From: Octopus vulgaris
Lineage: Eukaryota
DNA length: 64,000 nt
Assembly (NCBI GenBank): GCA_951406725.2
Contig: OX597830.1
Location: 55,180,001-55,244,000, forward strand
Reading direction: 5' to 3'
Under the pieces are notes generated by a model. That model saw nothing but the letters and a program-made list of their open reading frames with translations, ran no database searches and was not told the origin of the DNA. A program made the position numbers and the translations under genes. Positions 24,691 to 38,149 of the stretch are shown piece after piece. The stretch's first letter is position 1. Each line of letters opens with the position of its first letter.

Positions 24691-25239
24691 ATATATACCG
24701 GAGTAAGCACATAACTGCGAAACAAGGTGGAAAAAAGAGTACTCAAATACCAGAGGTAGAGTAATATGCTTTATTTAAAAGGAGAATACCTAGAGACGCT
24801 AGCTCATGAAGCACAATACTTAAGTGAGTACTATCATTCTGAATATAACGAGCAAAATAACTTCAGTTAATTAAAACTATTGATGCAGTTATGGGGAAAA
24901 ACTTAGAATTAATGACTAAAGTTAATTAAATCTTTTCAAGGTATTGGAGCGAGAGGAAGCTATAAAAAGTTAATTAAAATTCGAATTACGTATGCAGTAA
25001 GGAGTTGAAATCATTAGGCCTGTATTAGTACTAATTGCTAATATTAATTAATAGTGTTAATATTACTATTTTTAATTAGATGTAAAAGTAGATGTGATGG
25101 CAATGGACGTGATGCGGACTGCTTTGTTTTATATAATATACTTACATACTGGTACGTATTGGATTCTCGGTTTTCATATTAACGATATCAACCGTGATTG
25201 CATTTCACTACTTTCCTTTGCCATTGATTGCAGTACTAA

Positions 25240-25638
25240 TCACAGCTCGCTTCTTTCCTTAGCCACAGGAAGCAATTGGTCTCAGTATTGATCTCAGCTC
25301 ATCCTTTTCCTTAGCTACAGGAAGGAATTGATCTCAGCATTGATCCCAGCTTATCTCTTTCCTTAGTCAGTAGGAGGAATTGATTTCAGCTTTGATCTCA
25401 ACTCATCTTTTTCCTTAGCCGCAGGAAGGAATTGATCTCAGCATTGATCCCAGCTCATCTCTTTCCTTAGCCACAAATAGGACTTGATCTCGGCTTTGAT
25501 CACGGCTCTTCTCTTTCCTTAACCACAAGAAGGAACTGATTCCAGTTCATCTCTTTCTTTAACCACAAGAAGTTGAACCCAGCATTGATCCTAATCCAAC
25601 TTGTTCCTTAACCACAACAAAGAATTGATTTCAGCAAT
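25240..25638. repeat. 52-bp minisatellite, ~7 degenerate copies
   Basis: Unit tttccttagctacaggaaggaattgatctcagcattgatcccagcttatctc, containing ~13-bp sub-repeats. Confidence 0.8.
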
Positions 25639-25709
25639 GGAAATTATACGAACTGCCCTGGGACTAGTTCTCCACAACTTCTCTCGACAGAATGGTCATC
25701 TACTGATGC

Positions 25710-26024
25710 CTTAGTTTTAATTTCATCTTTGAACATTATTAGAGACAACTAATGAAATGAGTTAGCACCTGAATATCACAAATATAACAGCCAAGAATTT
25801 GTTATGGTTCTAAGCGATTTATTTAAGATATGCATACTTTTCTAATGTAATAGACATTGCTGCAATTCTTTCTTGGGTACATGTAACAGAATTCATCAAT
25901 AATATTTGAATCTTGTCCATTTCGCTTTAGGTCACTATTTTCGTAAATATATTATTTTTAAAAAAATATCTGTAGCCATTTTTGAAGCTGAGGTGCAAAT
26001 GTGTTGATCTTCCTCATTTATGAC
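25710..26024 (+). repeat. Left arm of ~315-bp inverted repeat (partner 29871-30185)
   Basis: Reverse complement matches 29871-30185 with few mismatches. Confidence 0.9.
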
Positions 26025-27062
26025 TTTCTAAATAGTTAACTCTTTCTAACGTAGGCACAATACCTGAAATTTTCGGTAGGGCGGGGTTTAGTCTATTGTA
26101 TCGTTGCCTAGTAACACTGCTACTTCATCTTATTGATTCCCGAAGAATGCAAGGCAAAATTGGTTTCGGCAGGATTTGAACACAGAACGCAGAGAACTGG
26201 AACCGGAAGAAATATCGCAAGGCATTTAGTCCGACGCACGAACAATTTTGGCCAATCCACTTTTTCTATGTAGTTATTAACGACATTTTGTTTATGGAAG
26301 TCTATTTTTAAAACAGCAGACCGTAACGAGACTACCAGGTAAAACAACTGCCACATCCCACTCTCCTTAATGAAACCGCCACCACCCATCCTTGCCTAAA
26401 TACACAAACCTTGCTTACCTGCCTTTCATTCTCCGCCTCCGCCCGTCACTCCATCTCCCCGCTCTTCAAACCGGAACTACATAATTGAGTATATTTGTTC
26501 TCCGTAATAGTTGTTGCTATTTTAGCCAACTCTGCTAGCTAAACGGCCGAGATGAAGGTCACCTGCCAGAGGAGGCATATTTGTGCAAGGAAACATCCAT
26601 TGGGAAGGTAGGGGTGGGAAGGCGGAGAATAAAAATAAATAAATACATTTAAAAACAAAAGACTATAAGAAAATTAGAAACTTTAATGGAGGCCAAAAGA
26701 AAGATGGGGGAATGGTAGAAAGGGCCACGTGACCTGTTGAACATTTGGGGAAAAGAAATGTGTCAGCTCCTGAAATTTATAGATTCTAGGCTGTTGTTGT
26801 TGTTGTTAGAAGTAGTAGTAGTGGTGGTGGTGGTGATTGTGGTTATTGTAGGTAATGGCGGTATCGGTAGTGGTGGTGTTGTTGGTGGTAGTGATTGTTG
26901 TGGTTGTAAATAATTGATTGTTGAAGCAGGACAATGCCGACAACATCTGCAAAGATCTATTCAAATAAGACAAATGTTCGTCTGCGTAGTGGTCGTTAAT
27001 TATTTGTGTATGAGCATATGTGTGTCTGTGTATGTGTGCATTTATGGCTGAATATATGTAAA

Positions 27063-27150
<88 letters not shown>

Positions 27151-27165
27151 GCCTATCTATCTATA

Positions 27166-27232
<67 letters not shown>

Positions 27233-27233
<1 letters not shown>

Positions 27234-27880
27234 AAACGGGAAGGAAGACTATTTTCATCATCCTTGTGGCTATGGCGAAAGAATGTATCTGGTGGACGCG
27301 TCTGAAAGGATTGGAGACAAACACTTTCCTCTCTGGTCAATCTCTCATCAACTTCTTCAAGTACCACTTGAAAAGGAAAGTGAGAGTAGAGAGGCAAGTT
27401 TTGTCTGGCGAACGTTTTAAAAAAAGATGGGTGAATGTAGCAAGGATGGCACGTATGAATGACGAAGCCACCTTGAGCATAATCCTATGAACCCAGAAAT
27501 TGAAAACAGAGGGTTACCCACTTGCAAACAAATGTGGTAACATATAACAATATTGACCGAGGTTACCGTGGTCTTTTTCGTAGGCTTTTCTTCCCACGGA
27601 TAAACCTTATCTGCTTCCCCCTTTACACCGTACATCATGACACTGTGATACACGATCCCTATTGATCGTTTTTTCCCTCTTCCCCCTTTTTCCTTTTTCT
27701 TCTTTTTTCTCTTTTCTTTTCTTTTGTTTCTTTTCCTTTTTTCTTTTTTTTTCTTTTTTCCCTTTTACGATCCCTTTTGATCGAAAACCTACGCCACTTT
27801 TTTTTTCATCCCCCAAAAGAAAATCTCTACCTTGTAATTTGTCCCATCTGTGTGCAGCCCTGTGTGGCCAATAAAAAAAC
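27233..27880 (+). mobile_element. 5'-truncated Tx1/L1-like LINE 3' end inside a (CTAT)n microsatellite
   Basis: C-terminal ORF piece [14 protein letters not shown]...[26 protein letters not shown], pyrimidine-rich 3' UTR and AATAAA+A tail, with (ATCT)n on both sides. A degenerate related piece lies at ~46030-46110. Confidence 0.6.
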
Positions 27881-27951
<71 letters not shown>

Positions 27952-27952
27952 C

Positions 27953-27991
<39 letters not shown>

Positions 27992-28092
27992 CCTATCTAT
28001 CTATCAATCTATCTAGCTGTCTGTCTGTGTATCTGTGTACACACACATAGATACATGCATATATACATATATCTATACATACATAACTCAAA

Positions 28093-28453
28093 GAAGACCT
28101 GGATGTGAAACCCTCAGCATACTAAAAAAAAGATTATTCATAGGTATGTTTCTCCAAGACATAAAGGTGACAATGATATTGACATGAAGTGCTGCTTGGC
28201 TTGAATTGGTGATGGCTACATCGCGTCATACTTCGAAGGTTATGCATTTTCAATCAAAGAACAGGAGATTGCTACAAAATACCCGATAAACAAAAGAGAC
28301 ACTGAAGCTCTTAGATGCAACCGAAAATGTACTTATATTATGTCACATTTCTGCGGAAGACATCAAACACGTAATTAGCAGCGGATCAAAATATCATCTG
28401 GGCACTAATTCTCTATGGCACATGACGTTGACGCAAAAGCAATATACAATGCC
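28093..28453 (+). mobile_element. R4/Dong-like (REL-endonuclease) non-LTR retrotransposon fragment, CCHC zinc-knuckle region
   Basis: Frameshifted translation FEGYAFSIKEQEIATKY...CNRKC...CHISAEDIKHVISS...HDVDAKAIYNA. Confidence 0.6.
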
Positions 28454-28479
28454 ATACATACATACATAGAGTGTGAAAG

Positions 28480-29400
28480 TTATTTGAAGCCATTTTTGAT
28501 AAGTTAATAAAACTTCTCTAATCTAGCGAAAGTCAAATGTATTTTAATAAAAAATATCTATACATTTTCTCGATAAGCTTTCTTGTAAGATAATTCTATG
28601 AATCCGCCTTCAGCTACGATGACTGCTTCAATGTGGGACCGGAATCTTTGACATGCCTACCATGCCTACCATGCCTGCACTAAATGGTCCTTATTAATGT
28701 TGGGTATCACCTGGACAATGGTCGCTTTTAGTGAAGCTATGAAGATGTTGATTAGTTTCCCTTTCAACAACAACCCGTGAAATTTAAACCTGGCGAGTTT
28801 GGAGGCCACACATTTGGTGTTTCGTGATTGTAAAGATTATCTGACATTCATTCTTGAGTTACGGGCTTTGTGAGAAGTGCTGAGACTTATTGGATCACGT
28901 ATGGCCTCTACTGTGAACTTCATCTATTCAGGGCTTAACAACGGTCTTCAGCATCTCAACGGATCCAGCAGCATTAATTGTAAGACCCTATGGTAAGATG
29001 GGATCAGGCATGGCATGACCTTCGTTACCCGCTACTCCTATAAGCCATCACAGTTACTGCAAATTTAACGTGCATTACTCTGGGGAAGTCAGTAAGATCC
29101 GTACATAACCATCTGTTATTTCTCCTGATCGTGGTCGGAGTTTTCCTTTCCCGAGAAGAACCAAAGTATGCTATGTCCATGAGAGATTTTAGCTTTGTTA
29201 AGTAACTTCTTGGCACGGTGCCTTTGCAGACATAAATTGGTCTCTCCTCGGGATGTACGACTTGTATCGAATATCCTTGTGCACCGCAGGTTTGATAGAT
29301 CTCTCAGACACCTGAAGTACTTTAGTAATAGCCCTCATTAATTTTCCAGGATTACCACTGATAATGTTTTGAACGTGTGTCATTACACTGTCCGAACGTT
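28480..29400 (-). mobile_element. Tc1/mariner superfamily (maT/DD37D-like) transposase relic
   Basis: Minus-strand fragments DIRYKSYIPRRDQFMS, RRNNRWLCTDLTDFPRVMHVKFAVTVM, GHAMP and KTVVKP*IDEV, plus a decayed WPPNSP-like motif. Confidence 0.7.
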
Positions 29401-29407
29401 TAAAATG

Positions 29408-29548
29408 CAGTCGTAACAGATTATATCATATCACATAAATGTCAGCTCTTCCGGCATTACACAAACTTATTCAACCATAACTTCGCCGATTAGCTTTTGC
29501 TAGTAGCGAAATAATAATTATGTAATATGATGCAATCTGTTACGACTG
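29408..29548. mobile_element. MITE-like element with ~31-bp terminal inverted repeats
   Basis: CAGTCGTAACAGATTATATCATATCACATAA vs TTATGTAATATGATGCAATCTGTTACGACTG (3 mismatches). Confidence 0.65.
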
Positions 29549-29627
29549 AATCAAATAAATTTTCAACGAACCTAGCGTCGCAAACTTAAATGCCGTTCGT
29601 CTGTTACACACACACACACACACACAC

Positions 29628-29685
<58 letters not shown>

Positions 29686-29870
29686 TATACATACACACTT
29701 ATGAGTTAGTATCTTTCGCTTCTGAGAGTAGTACACTATCACACTTTACACCTTCCTAATATAATTTATTGATAAAAGAAAAGACGAAAAAAAAAAGCCA
29801 CTTTTTACATTACAATTTCGCATCTTCCACTAAAAAGAAAAAAAATTAATCTTTAAAAACATATCTAAAA

Positions 29871-30185
29871 TCATAGATGATGAAGATAAACACATTTGCA
29901 CCTCAACTTCAAAAATGGCTACAGATATTTTGTTTTTAAATAATATATTTGCGAAAATAGTGACCTAAAGCAAAATGGACAAGGTTCAAATATTATTGAT
30001 GAATTCTGTTACATGTACCCAAGAAAGAATTGCTGCAATGTCTATTACATTAGAAAAGTATGCATATCTTAAATAAATCGCTTAGAACCATAACAAATTC
30101 TTGGCTGTTATATTTGTGATATTCAGGTGCTAACTCATTTCATTAGTTGTCTCTAATAATGTTCAAAGATGAGATTAAAACTAAG
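29871..30185 (-). repeat. Right arm of ~315-bp inverted repeat (partner 25710-26024)
   Basis: For example gaattctgttacatgtacccaagaaagaattg is the reverse complement of caattctttcttgggtacatgtaacagaattc. Confidence 0.9.
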
Positions 30186-30382
30186 ATATTTCAACGATCG
30201 TTGACTGCAACCATATTGTTGATATGTCTTGGAATACGCCTACTGAATTCTTGAAGAAAATGACTGACCAAGATTTATCGTCGAATGTGACTTATCTTGA
30301 CTAATCTTTAATTTGAGCCCTACAAAAATTACATTTGGAGACTCAACGGGGATCTTTAAATCGTTGGAGTCTATGAGTGTAT

Positions 30383-30426
<44 letters not shown>

Positions 30427-30687
30427 ACACACACATACACACACATACATACACACACATATACACACACATGTATACATAGATTTTGTGTGTGTAAACT
30501 TACAGGATGAAGCTGAATGAAGGGGCTCTCTGCCTCCTGTCGATAAATAATCTTGATTATTAACCAATGACTTGCACCAGCCTCATTACTTGGTGTATAT
30601 CATTTCGTTTGGAGATATTAGAGGTTCATAACAGCTCGAACAATTCAGGATATGATCGGAGTGTCTTTAATCACCCAGAGGATATTA

Positions 30688-30906
30688 GCAGAAACGTTAG
30701 CACGCCGGGCGAAATGCGTAGCCGTATTTCGTCTGCCGTTACGTTCTGAGTTCAAATTCCGCCGAGGTCGACTTTGCCTTTCATCCTTTCGAGGTCGATT
30801 AAATAAGTACCAGTTACGCACTGGGGTCGATATAATCGACTTAATCCGTTTGTCTATCCTTTTTTGTCCTCTCTGTGTTTAGCCCCTTGTGGGTAGTAAA
30901 GAAATA
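30688..30906 (+). mobile_element. SINE family A, young copy
   Basis: Near-identical to 31560-31783 and to the reverse complements of 37331-37560 and 54312-54547. Confidence 0.85.
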
Positions 30907-31559
30907 GGTATTATATATTTCGGTAACTGAATAGGTATTTTTTCCTTATGTTTTACTTGTTTCAGACTGCGGCCATGCGGGGGCATCACCTTGAAGAATT
31001 TTTAGTCAAATGAATCAGCTCCACTACTTTGCAGTATTTTTTTACTGTTAAGCGAACGCTTATATAGTGAAATAATATTGAAGCATGACACATCACGAGT
31101 CATATTTCTGCTCACTGACAACTCAATATTTTGCTTATAATGTAATGACAATAAAGAGGATTTTGAAAATGTGCTTAAAATATAGTTATTGTACCTAGTT
31201 TTATTATTTTATTTCTAAGAAAGTAGTACCTAGTTTTATTATTTTATTTCTAAGAAAGTAGTACCCATTTACTGCCAGCCTTGTGAGCTCAAAACACCTC
31301 CAAAGAGGTGCTACTATTCATTTTAAAAATCACTGACAAAGATCATAATTTTGATCCCCTACTTCTAATAGACACACACAAAAAAAAACGGGAAATCTAA
31401 ATCTAAAAACTGAAAACCTTCACGATTTGACAAAATCACAAACTAAAAGAAGATCAAAGTACCTCAAAGGAATCACAACATCCAGCAGCATCTTCAAATA
31501 TTTGTGCCCTGGGTCAATAAAGAACTTGTACGTTATTGTACAACCTACTAGAAATATTA

Positions 31560-31783
31560 ACTGGCAGAAACGTTAGCGCGCCGGGCGAAATGCGTAGCCG
31601 TATTTCGTCTGCCGTTACGTTCTGAGTTCAAATTCCGCCGAGGTCGACTTTGCCTTTTCCTCCATTTGGGGTCGATAAATAAAATACCAGTTTCGCACTG
31701 GGGTCGATGTAATCGACTTAATCCCTTTGTCTGTCCTTGTTTGTCCCCTCTATGTTTATCCCCTTGTGGGCAATAAAGAAATA
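31560..31783 (+). mobile_element. SINE family A, young copy
   Basis: CTGGCAGAAACGTTAGCGCGCCGGGCGAAATGCGTAGCCG...GAGTTCAAATTCCGCCGAGGTCGAC. Confidence 0.85.
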
Positions 31784-32631
31784 AATATCAACTAAATCGA
31801 TATCCTGTTTTCTCAAGAAATAAACACATAAATAAGCAACCATATGTAATTTGTGTATTACAGAAAACTTTTTACCTCCTAATTGCAACGCATAGCATCC
31901 TAAACAGAAAAGGTGAGATATTCTCTACGTGTACCCACAAGAAGATATTTTCCAAGTAGAATTTGAAATTCAGATATGTTGATTAATTAAAAATTTAATG
32001 GATCAACGGAAATATTTAAATAGCAGCCTAGATTAACCCACTAAGTCCCAGCGTACTTAAATTTCTGAATATTACTTTTAAATTTTTACAGATGATTGAA
32101 AATAGGTTAAAATGAAAACAATTAATTATTAAAACTCCTTTACTTCAAGTAGAAATGGAAGTACTTGATGTTCTATAAACAGGACACTGAGACAATGTGA
32201 TATAGTTTATTCAATAATCTCATTTAGTGTTCCGTTCATAGGACAGTGGGACTTAATGGATTAACTCACCTTAGAACAAAAACAAAAAACGAAAAAACTG
32301 TAAAAAAAACTAATAATATCAAAATAAAAGAAACCATCAGAGCATCCCCTTGTAAAATATAAAGGATAAAAGGAAATAAATCTGAAACTAAAGTAAAAGC
32401 TGAATCCACCACTGCTCGCTCCTCGGAACAATGATTAGAAAGAGTCAACTACCACAGATATACATCCAGGGTATTCATCTAACAAACTACATGACATTGA
32501 GCGGCCAATGAAAATAGTATACGAAGAATCGTGCGATGGGTTTCGGTTTAATCTAATTTACAGTTAATATTGCTGTGGCCTGAAAGGTCGCTCTGTTTTT
32601 GAGCATGAATTGTGACGGAGTTTTTTTTTTC

Positions 32632-32913
32632 TTTCTCGAGCCACGCCTGGATCATAAGGGCCGATTTCCCGGTTTCCTTGGCGTATAGGATTCCCCACCT
32701 GGACGGGACACCGGTCCTTCGCAGGTGAGCTGCAAGATGCAGGAGGAAAGAGTTGTGGCGAAAAAGTCAGCAGAAGTTCGCCATTACCTTCTCCTGGAGT
32801 CGCGTGGAGCTTACGTGTTTCGCTCATAAACACACACATCGCCCGGTCTGAGATTCGAACCCGCGATCCCTCAACCGCGAGTCCGCTGCTCTAACCACTT
32901 GGCCATGTGCCTC
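32632..32913 (-). mobile_element. tRNA-headed SINE family C copy
   Basis: Minus-strand head GGCCAAGTGGTTAGAGCAGCGGACTCGCGG...GGTTCGAATCTCAGACCGGGCG with A and B boxes; head shared with 58503-58885. Confidence 0.75.
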
Positions 32914-33725
32914 TACAATCGTGACGGAGTGGATTGCACACACACACACACACATACGCACACACACGCACACACACACGCACGCACACACACACACACA
33001 CACATACACACACACACACACATTCTCACACACACATTCACACACACACGCATACATACATATGTCACAAATCCACCATAACCTAGCTAATGCGTAACCC
33101 AATAAATCCAGTTAACCGTCAAATTTCTGCTTAACCGACGCTAATAACAAACTAAAGCCTTGATCCAGATCGAATCAAAACTAAGATCCTTATAAACCTT
33201 GGCATAATCATTCCATTAAACCTTGTGACGTGCGACCAGTTGCTGTGACAAAGAAATTCCCCAATACCCAGAAACTCGAGTCCGTGTGTATCATAAGTTG
33301 AAGACGGGGAGGATGGCTTCCCTTTGCAAATACTGATAGGGCATAGAAAGTGTTTCTATAGCCAGCTGGAGGAGGTGTCCTCCTGGGGCTACAAACTACA
33401 GTAGCATCCACCCTTAGGGGTTAGCCATATTTAAATGGCAAATATACGTCACGATGTGTTGCAGCTACTGTTTATAACTAGCTCTAAGATTTATCATTGA
33501 TTTATTATGGTTTCAATACAGTTTTAACAGAAAGATTTGGAAGAATTAGATTAAAGGTCTCCGGTAATTTTCTTTCATGTAAATAAATGTTTTATGTTAA
33601 TTAAAAAAATTGCCAGCAAAATCTTATGAAATTACGATGTTTTAAAAGGTGCACATGTTTATAATAATAAAATAATGAAATTATTGTATGCAGTGCTCAG
33701 GTACACCACAACAGTTTATTTGTTA

Positions 33726-34124
33726 CTAGCAGTATCGCCCGGCGTTGCTCGGGTTTGTAAGGGAAATAACTATATAAGCATTTTTAGAGAGTTATAGCCA
33801 AAAAATAGCAAAAAATGCATTAAAAATGGAAAAAAAATGATGGTAATTTTTTTTAAAATCGTTGACTCATCGTAGACATTTTTAGAGAGTTACTTCTCTT
33901 ATATAATAGCAAAAAAATGCATTAAAATGGAAAAAAATTATGGTAATTTTTTTTTTAAATCGTAGACTCATCGTAGACGCGCGCTAATACCCAGAAGGGC
34001 TCGATATGAATCACGACTATAAGATACCCGGTTTTGGTTAAACTGCACAGCAAAATGTGGGAGTAGTTAGGAATCTAAATCGTAGGAGACAGACAGCACA
34101 CAACCTCGCTTTTATATATAAAGA
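33726..34124 (-). mobile_element. Non-autonomous Helitron
   Basis: Minus strand begins TC (34124) and ends CTAG (33726), inserted between A and T. Subterminal GC hairpin cccggcgttgctcggg at 33738-33753; internal ~100-bp tandem duplication. Confidence 0.8.
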
Positions 34125-34716
34125 TATATGAAAATAAAATTGATGTAAATTTTTAACAGACAGCAGAAACAATTAAACCCCTTAATCCCATAACAGACAG
34201 TGGAAGAACTCGTACTTAGCAATGAATACAATGGGATGGGGGTGGATCAACATAAGAAGAAGAAGAAAAAGCAATTTAAAACAAACAAAACAAGAGTAAG
34301 CATGAATAGGAATATCAATAATAATTTTAACCAGATAGGCAGAGACGTTCCGCCATTAGCTGCTCTATTGGAAATCATTACATATATATATATACTTAGA
34401 CATACATGCACACATATATACATGTATGTGTGTGTGTGTCTGTCTGTCTGTCTGTTTATGCATGTATGTAGGTATGTGTGTATCGATGTATCTATGTATA
34501 CGTCTATACATACATATGTATTTATGTATACTCAGGGCCACACACACGCACGCACGCACGCATACTGCATGTGCACGCTATATATATAACCTATTGATTC
34601 TATGTACGTTTATGATGAAATGTTTCATTTGTTTGGCGTGTGTGAGTATTTGCATGCTATATATAAACTATTGACTAGATAAATCATGCCAAGAAGGGGA
34701 AGGCAGACTCGAAATG

Positions 34717-34834
34717 AGGATGACGGTGGTGGTGGTGGTGGTGGTAGTGGTGATGATGATGATGGTGATGATGATGAGGATGATGATGATGGTGGTTGTG
34801 GTGGTGGTGGTGGTGGTGGTGGTGGTGGTGGTGA

Positions 34835-34868
<34 letters not shown>

Positions 34869-34948
34869 GGTGGTGGTGGTGGTGGTGGTGGTGGTGGTGG
34901 TGGTGGTGGTGGTGGTGGTGGTGGTGGTGGTGGTGATGATGATGATGT
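34717..34948. repeat. Compound (GGT)n/(GAT)n microsatellite
   Basis: Direct reading. Confidence 0.95.
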
Positions 34949-35093
34949 AGATGTATGCGCTAAGGTAATATTTTACTTGACTTTAATCCAAAACATTTCC
35001 TTCTTCTGCCTGCTTCCTCCCCAGAAATAACAACGAAACGAAAACACGCAGAGAAATAAGAATCGTTTATTTGCATTTTCCATTTCATATCAA

Positions 35094-35241
<148 letters not shown>

Positions 35242-35261
35242 ATCTATCCATCCATCCATCC

Positions 35262-35326
<65 letters not shown>

Positions 35327-35812
35327 AATTGCCAACAGAGGTAACCACTCACGAGTTCGACTGCCGGCAGCGTGTCCTTGAGCAAGACGCTTTACTTCAC
35401 GCTGCTCCAGTCCACTCAGCTGGCAAAAATGAGTTGTACCTCTACTCCAAAGGTCCAGCCGCGCCCCTTTCTGAGTTTTAGGAAAAAATAAATAAGTAGA
35501 TGAATGGAAACATCTTTAAGGGATGTTTACATCCTAGTTCCCGGGTTTATACCAGTGTTCAGTGTTAGTTTTGCATTGATGGATATGGATATTTAAAATA
35601 TTTATGTATGAGAAAAAAAGAAAAAGAAAATGAAAAAATGGAGAAATTGACATATAGACATCAATTTATTAAATTATAGTCAAATCAATATAATATGAAA
35701 TTCTTGTCCCTACAGCCGTTTCCATATCCAATTGATTCAATTATAGAAATTAAATTAACATAAATTATTTAAAATTTTCATATGGAAACTGGTTATTTGG
35801 GTAGTTCATCAA

Positions 35813-36240
35813 GGTAGAATTTCCCAAAAAGGGGTTACATTCCAACGTGTTGGTTGAGCCTTGCTTGGTGAGGAGGGTGTTTATTGGACACCCTGTGGGA
35901 TGAAAAACAAAACCCGTCAAAGGGCGGAGGAACTCTTGAGAGTCAACGGCCATCCAATAAATGTGTAATTTTTTTTCTTAAGGCTGTATCATGCGCGGGT
36001 ACATAGAAATAATCGGACTGAATACCCGATCGCGCGGTTAAACCATTGGGAGTGAAGGACTCCTAACCTTTGTTAGGGCATCCTTCTAGGAGAAGGTAAC
36101 TCAGGTAACTGGGATAACTCTGACATAAAACCTGCGGCTCAGTGGTTACCGGTGATGTTGACTTGTTCTTCTTTTCGGATTATGGCTGCTGTTGCTTAGT
36201 GAGTGGGATTGACTCTGAGCACAGCCTTTCCTCACTTCAA
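35813..36240 (+). mobile_element. GC-richer repeat resembling an RTE-type LINE 5' UTR / non-autonomous derivative
   Basis: GGGCATCCTTCTAGGAGAAGGTAACTC resembles a motif I associate with RTE 5' UTRs; several short hairpins. The assignment rests on recall only. Confidence 0.4.
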
Positions 36241-36424
36241 AAAATTTTCTTGCACAGTCATTGCACGATAACAACATTGTTCATGATTGTTGATGGTGCT
36301 GTGAGTCTCAACTGAATGGCTGGCTGTAGCCTTATAAAGCAAATAAAAGTCACATTCGATCACAGCACCAATATCAGTTAAGCTTCGTTTAATGGCCATA
36401 CTCGATAACGAGGGGGCAGCCATC

Positions 36425-36457
<33 letters not shown>

Positions 36458-37330
36458 TGTATGTATGTATGTACGTATGTATAAGTATATATTTATGTGT
36501 CTTTGTATCTGCGTTTGTCTCCCACCAACGCTTGACAACAAATGTTGGTGTGTTTACGTCACTGTAACTTAGTGGTTCGGCAAAAAAGACCGATAGAATA
36601 AGTCCTAAATTCGATTAAAACCGTTGAAGGTGGTATTTCGGCATAGCCGCTGTTAAATGACTGAAACAAATAAAAAATAAAAGATAAACATACATACATA
36701 CATACATACATACATACATACATACATACATACATACATACATACATACATACATACATACATACATACATACATACATACATACATACATACATACATA
36801 CAAACATATATACATACATTCATTCATTCGTACATACATACATTCATACATACATACATACATACATACATACGTACGTACGTACGTACGTACATACATA
36901 TTGATTTAAGGGTTGGCGGAGAAACTTATCGAAGGCGTAAATGAAATGCAGGTGTGGTGAAAGACGTTCGTGCTTTATAGTTATATTACTATTACTATTA
37001 AAACGATTATCGATTATATTGATCGATTATATTGATTAACACCACGAATGGTCACTGCAATATCAGCTTCATTGAAATCATCACAATCACCACCATTGTC
37101 GACCTCCTTCTCTTCCTCCCTCTCCTCATCCTCCCCATTCTCCTCTTCTTCTTCATCCTCCTCCTCCTCCTCCTCCTCCACATCATCATCAACATCATCA
37201 TCATCATCGTTAACATCATCCTCATCGTTATATGACTAGCATCACCACCATCATCACCACATCATTACACTATCGTCTCTGTCAGCGTCATCGATATCAT
37301 CGCCGCCATTATCGTCACTGTTATACCTAT

Positions 37331-37560
37331 TTCTTTACTACCCACAAGGAGCTAAACACAGAGGGGACAAACAAGGACAGGCAAACGGATCAAGTCGATT
37401 ACATCGATTCCAGTGTGTAATTTGTACTTAATTTATCGACCCTGAAAGGATGAAAGGCAAAGTCGACCTCGGCGGAATTTGAACTCACAACATAACGGCA
37501 GACGAAATACGGCTACGCATTCCGTCCGGCGTGCTAACGTTTCTGCCAGCTCGCCGCCTT
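37331..37560 (-). mobile_element. SINE family A with 18-bp target-site duplication
   Basis: CGTCACTGTTATACCTAT at 37313-37330 and 37561-37578. Confidence 0.9.
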
Positions 37561-38149
37561 CGTCACTGTTATACCTATCAACTTCATCATCACCATCGTC
37601 TACACTACTGTCAGCCAACAACAGAGCTTTTGTGCGGTTGCTCCACCTTCCAGAAATAGCAGTCGAACCTCCCTTAAAACTCAGGCCTTTGTCTTAGGAA
37701 AAGCATATAATAGACAATGTAGTCTTGAGTAACAAGAGCACCAACAACATCAATAACAACTAAATAGAAAAAATAGAAGTTCAAACTGGTGATGTTCTCT
37801 TTTACAATAGAACCCCTATAGCCGAGTCCTTACAGTGGAGCTCTTACGTTAAAACCCCTTTGGCTGAACTTGTATGATAGCCTTTCGGTTAAATCCTTAC
37901 AACCAAGACCTTTCACTAGAGTCTTGCTCTTACCCGCTGACACTTAGTCTTTACTGTCGAGCCCCTAATGTAGAGACCTTTCAGTAGAAAAGCCGGGTAC
38001 TTACTGCTGAGTCCTTACAGTAGAGTCGTCACTCTCGAGTCCTTACGGTACATTCCTCATTGTCAAGGCCTTATGGCAGAGTCCTTTTTATACCTGAATT
38101 GAAATTCAAAACGTTTTTCTGGGAACGATGCTATTTTTTGTCAAGACTT

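Noticed and set aside
25240-25638. Regularly spaced repeats as a possible CRISPR-like array
   Set aside because: Contiguous degenerate tandem units without unique spacers; eukaryotic context; no cas genes.
31191-31265. 35-bp perfect tandem duplication
   Set aside because: Ordinary slippage duplication with no functional signal.
34686-35030. Gly/Asp-rich 114-aa ORF
   Set aside because: Translation of a pure (GGT)/(GAT) microsatellite.
35708-35790. Hammerhead 3' half on the minus strand (GAAA-CGGCUG-UA-GGG) with a CCAUAU/AUAUGG stem
   Set aside because: No CUGANGA-like core or stem I partner found; at most a truncated relic.
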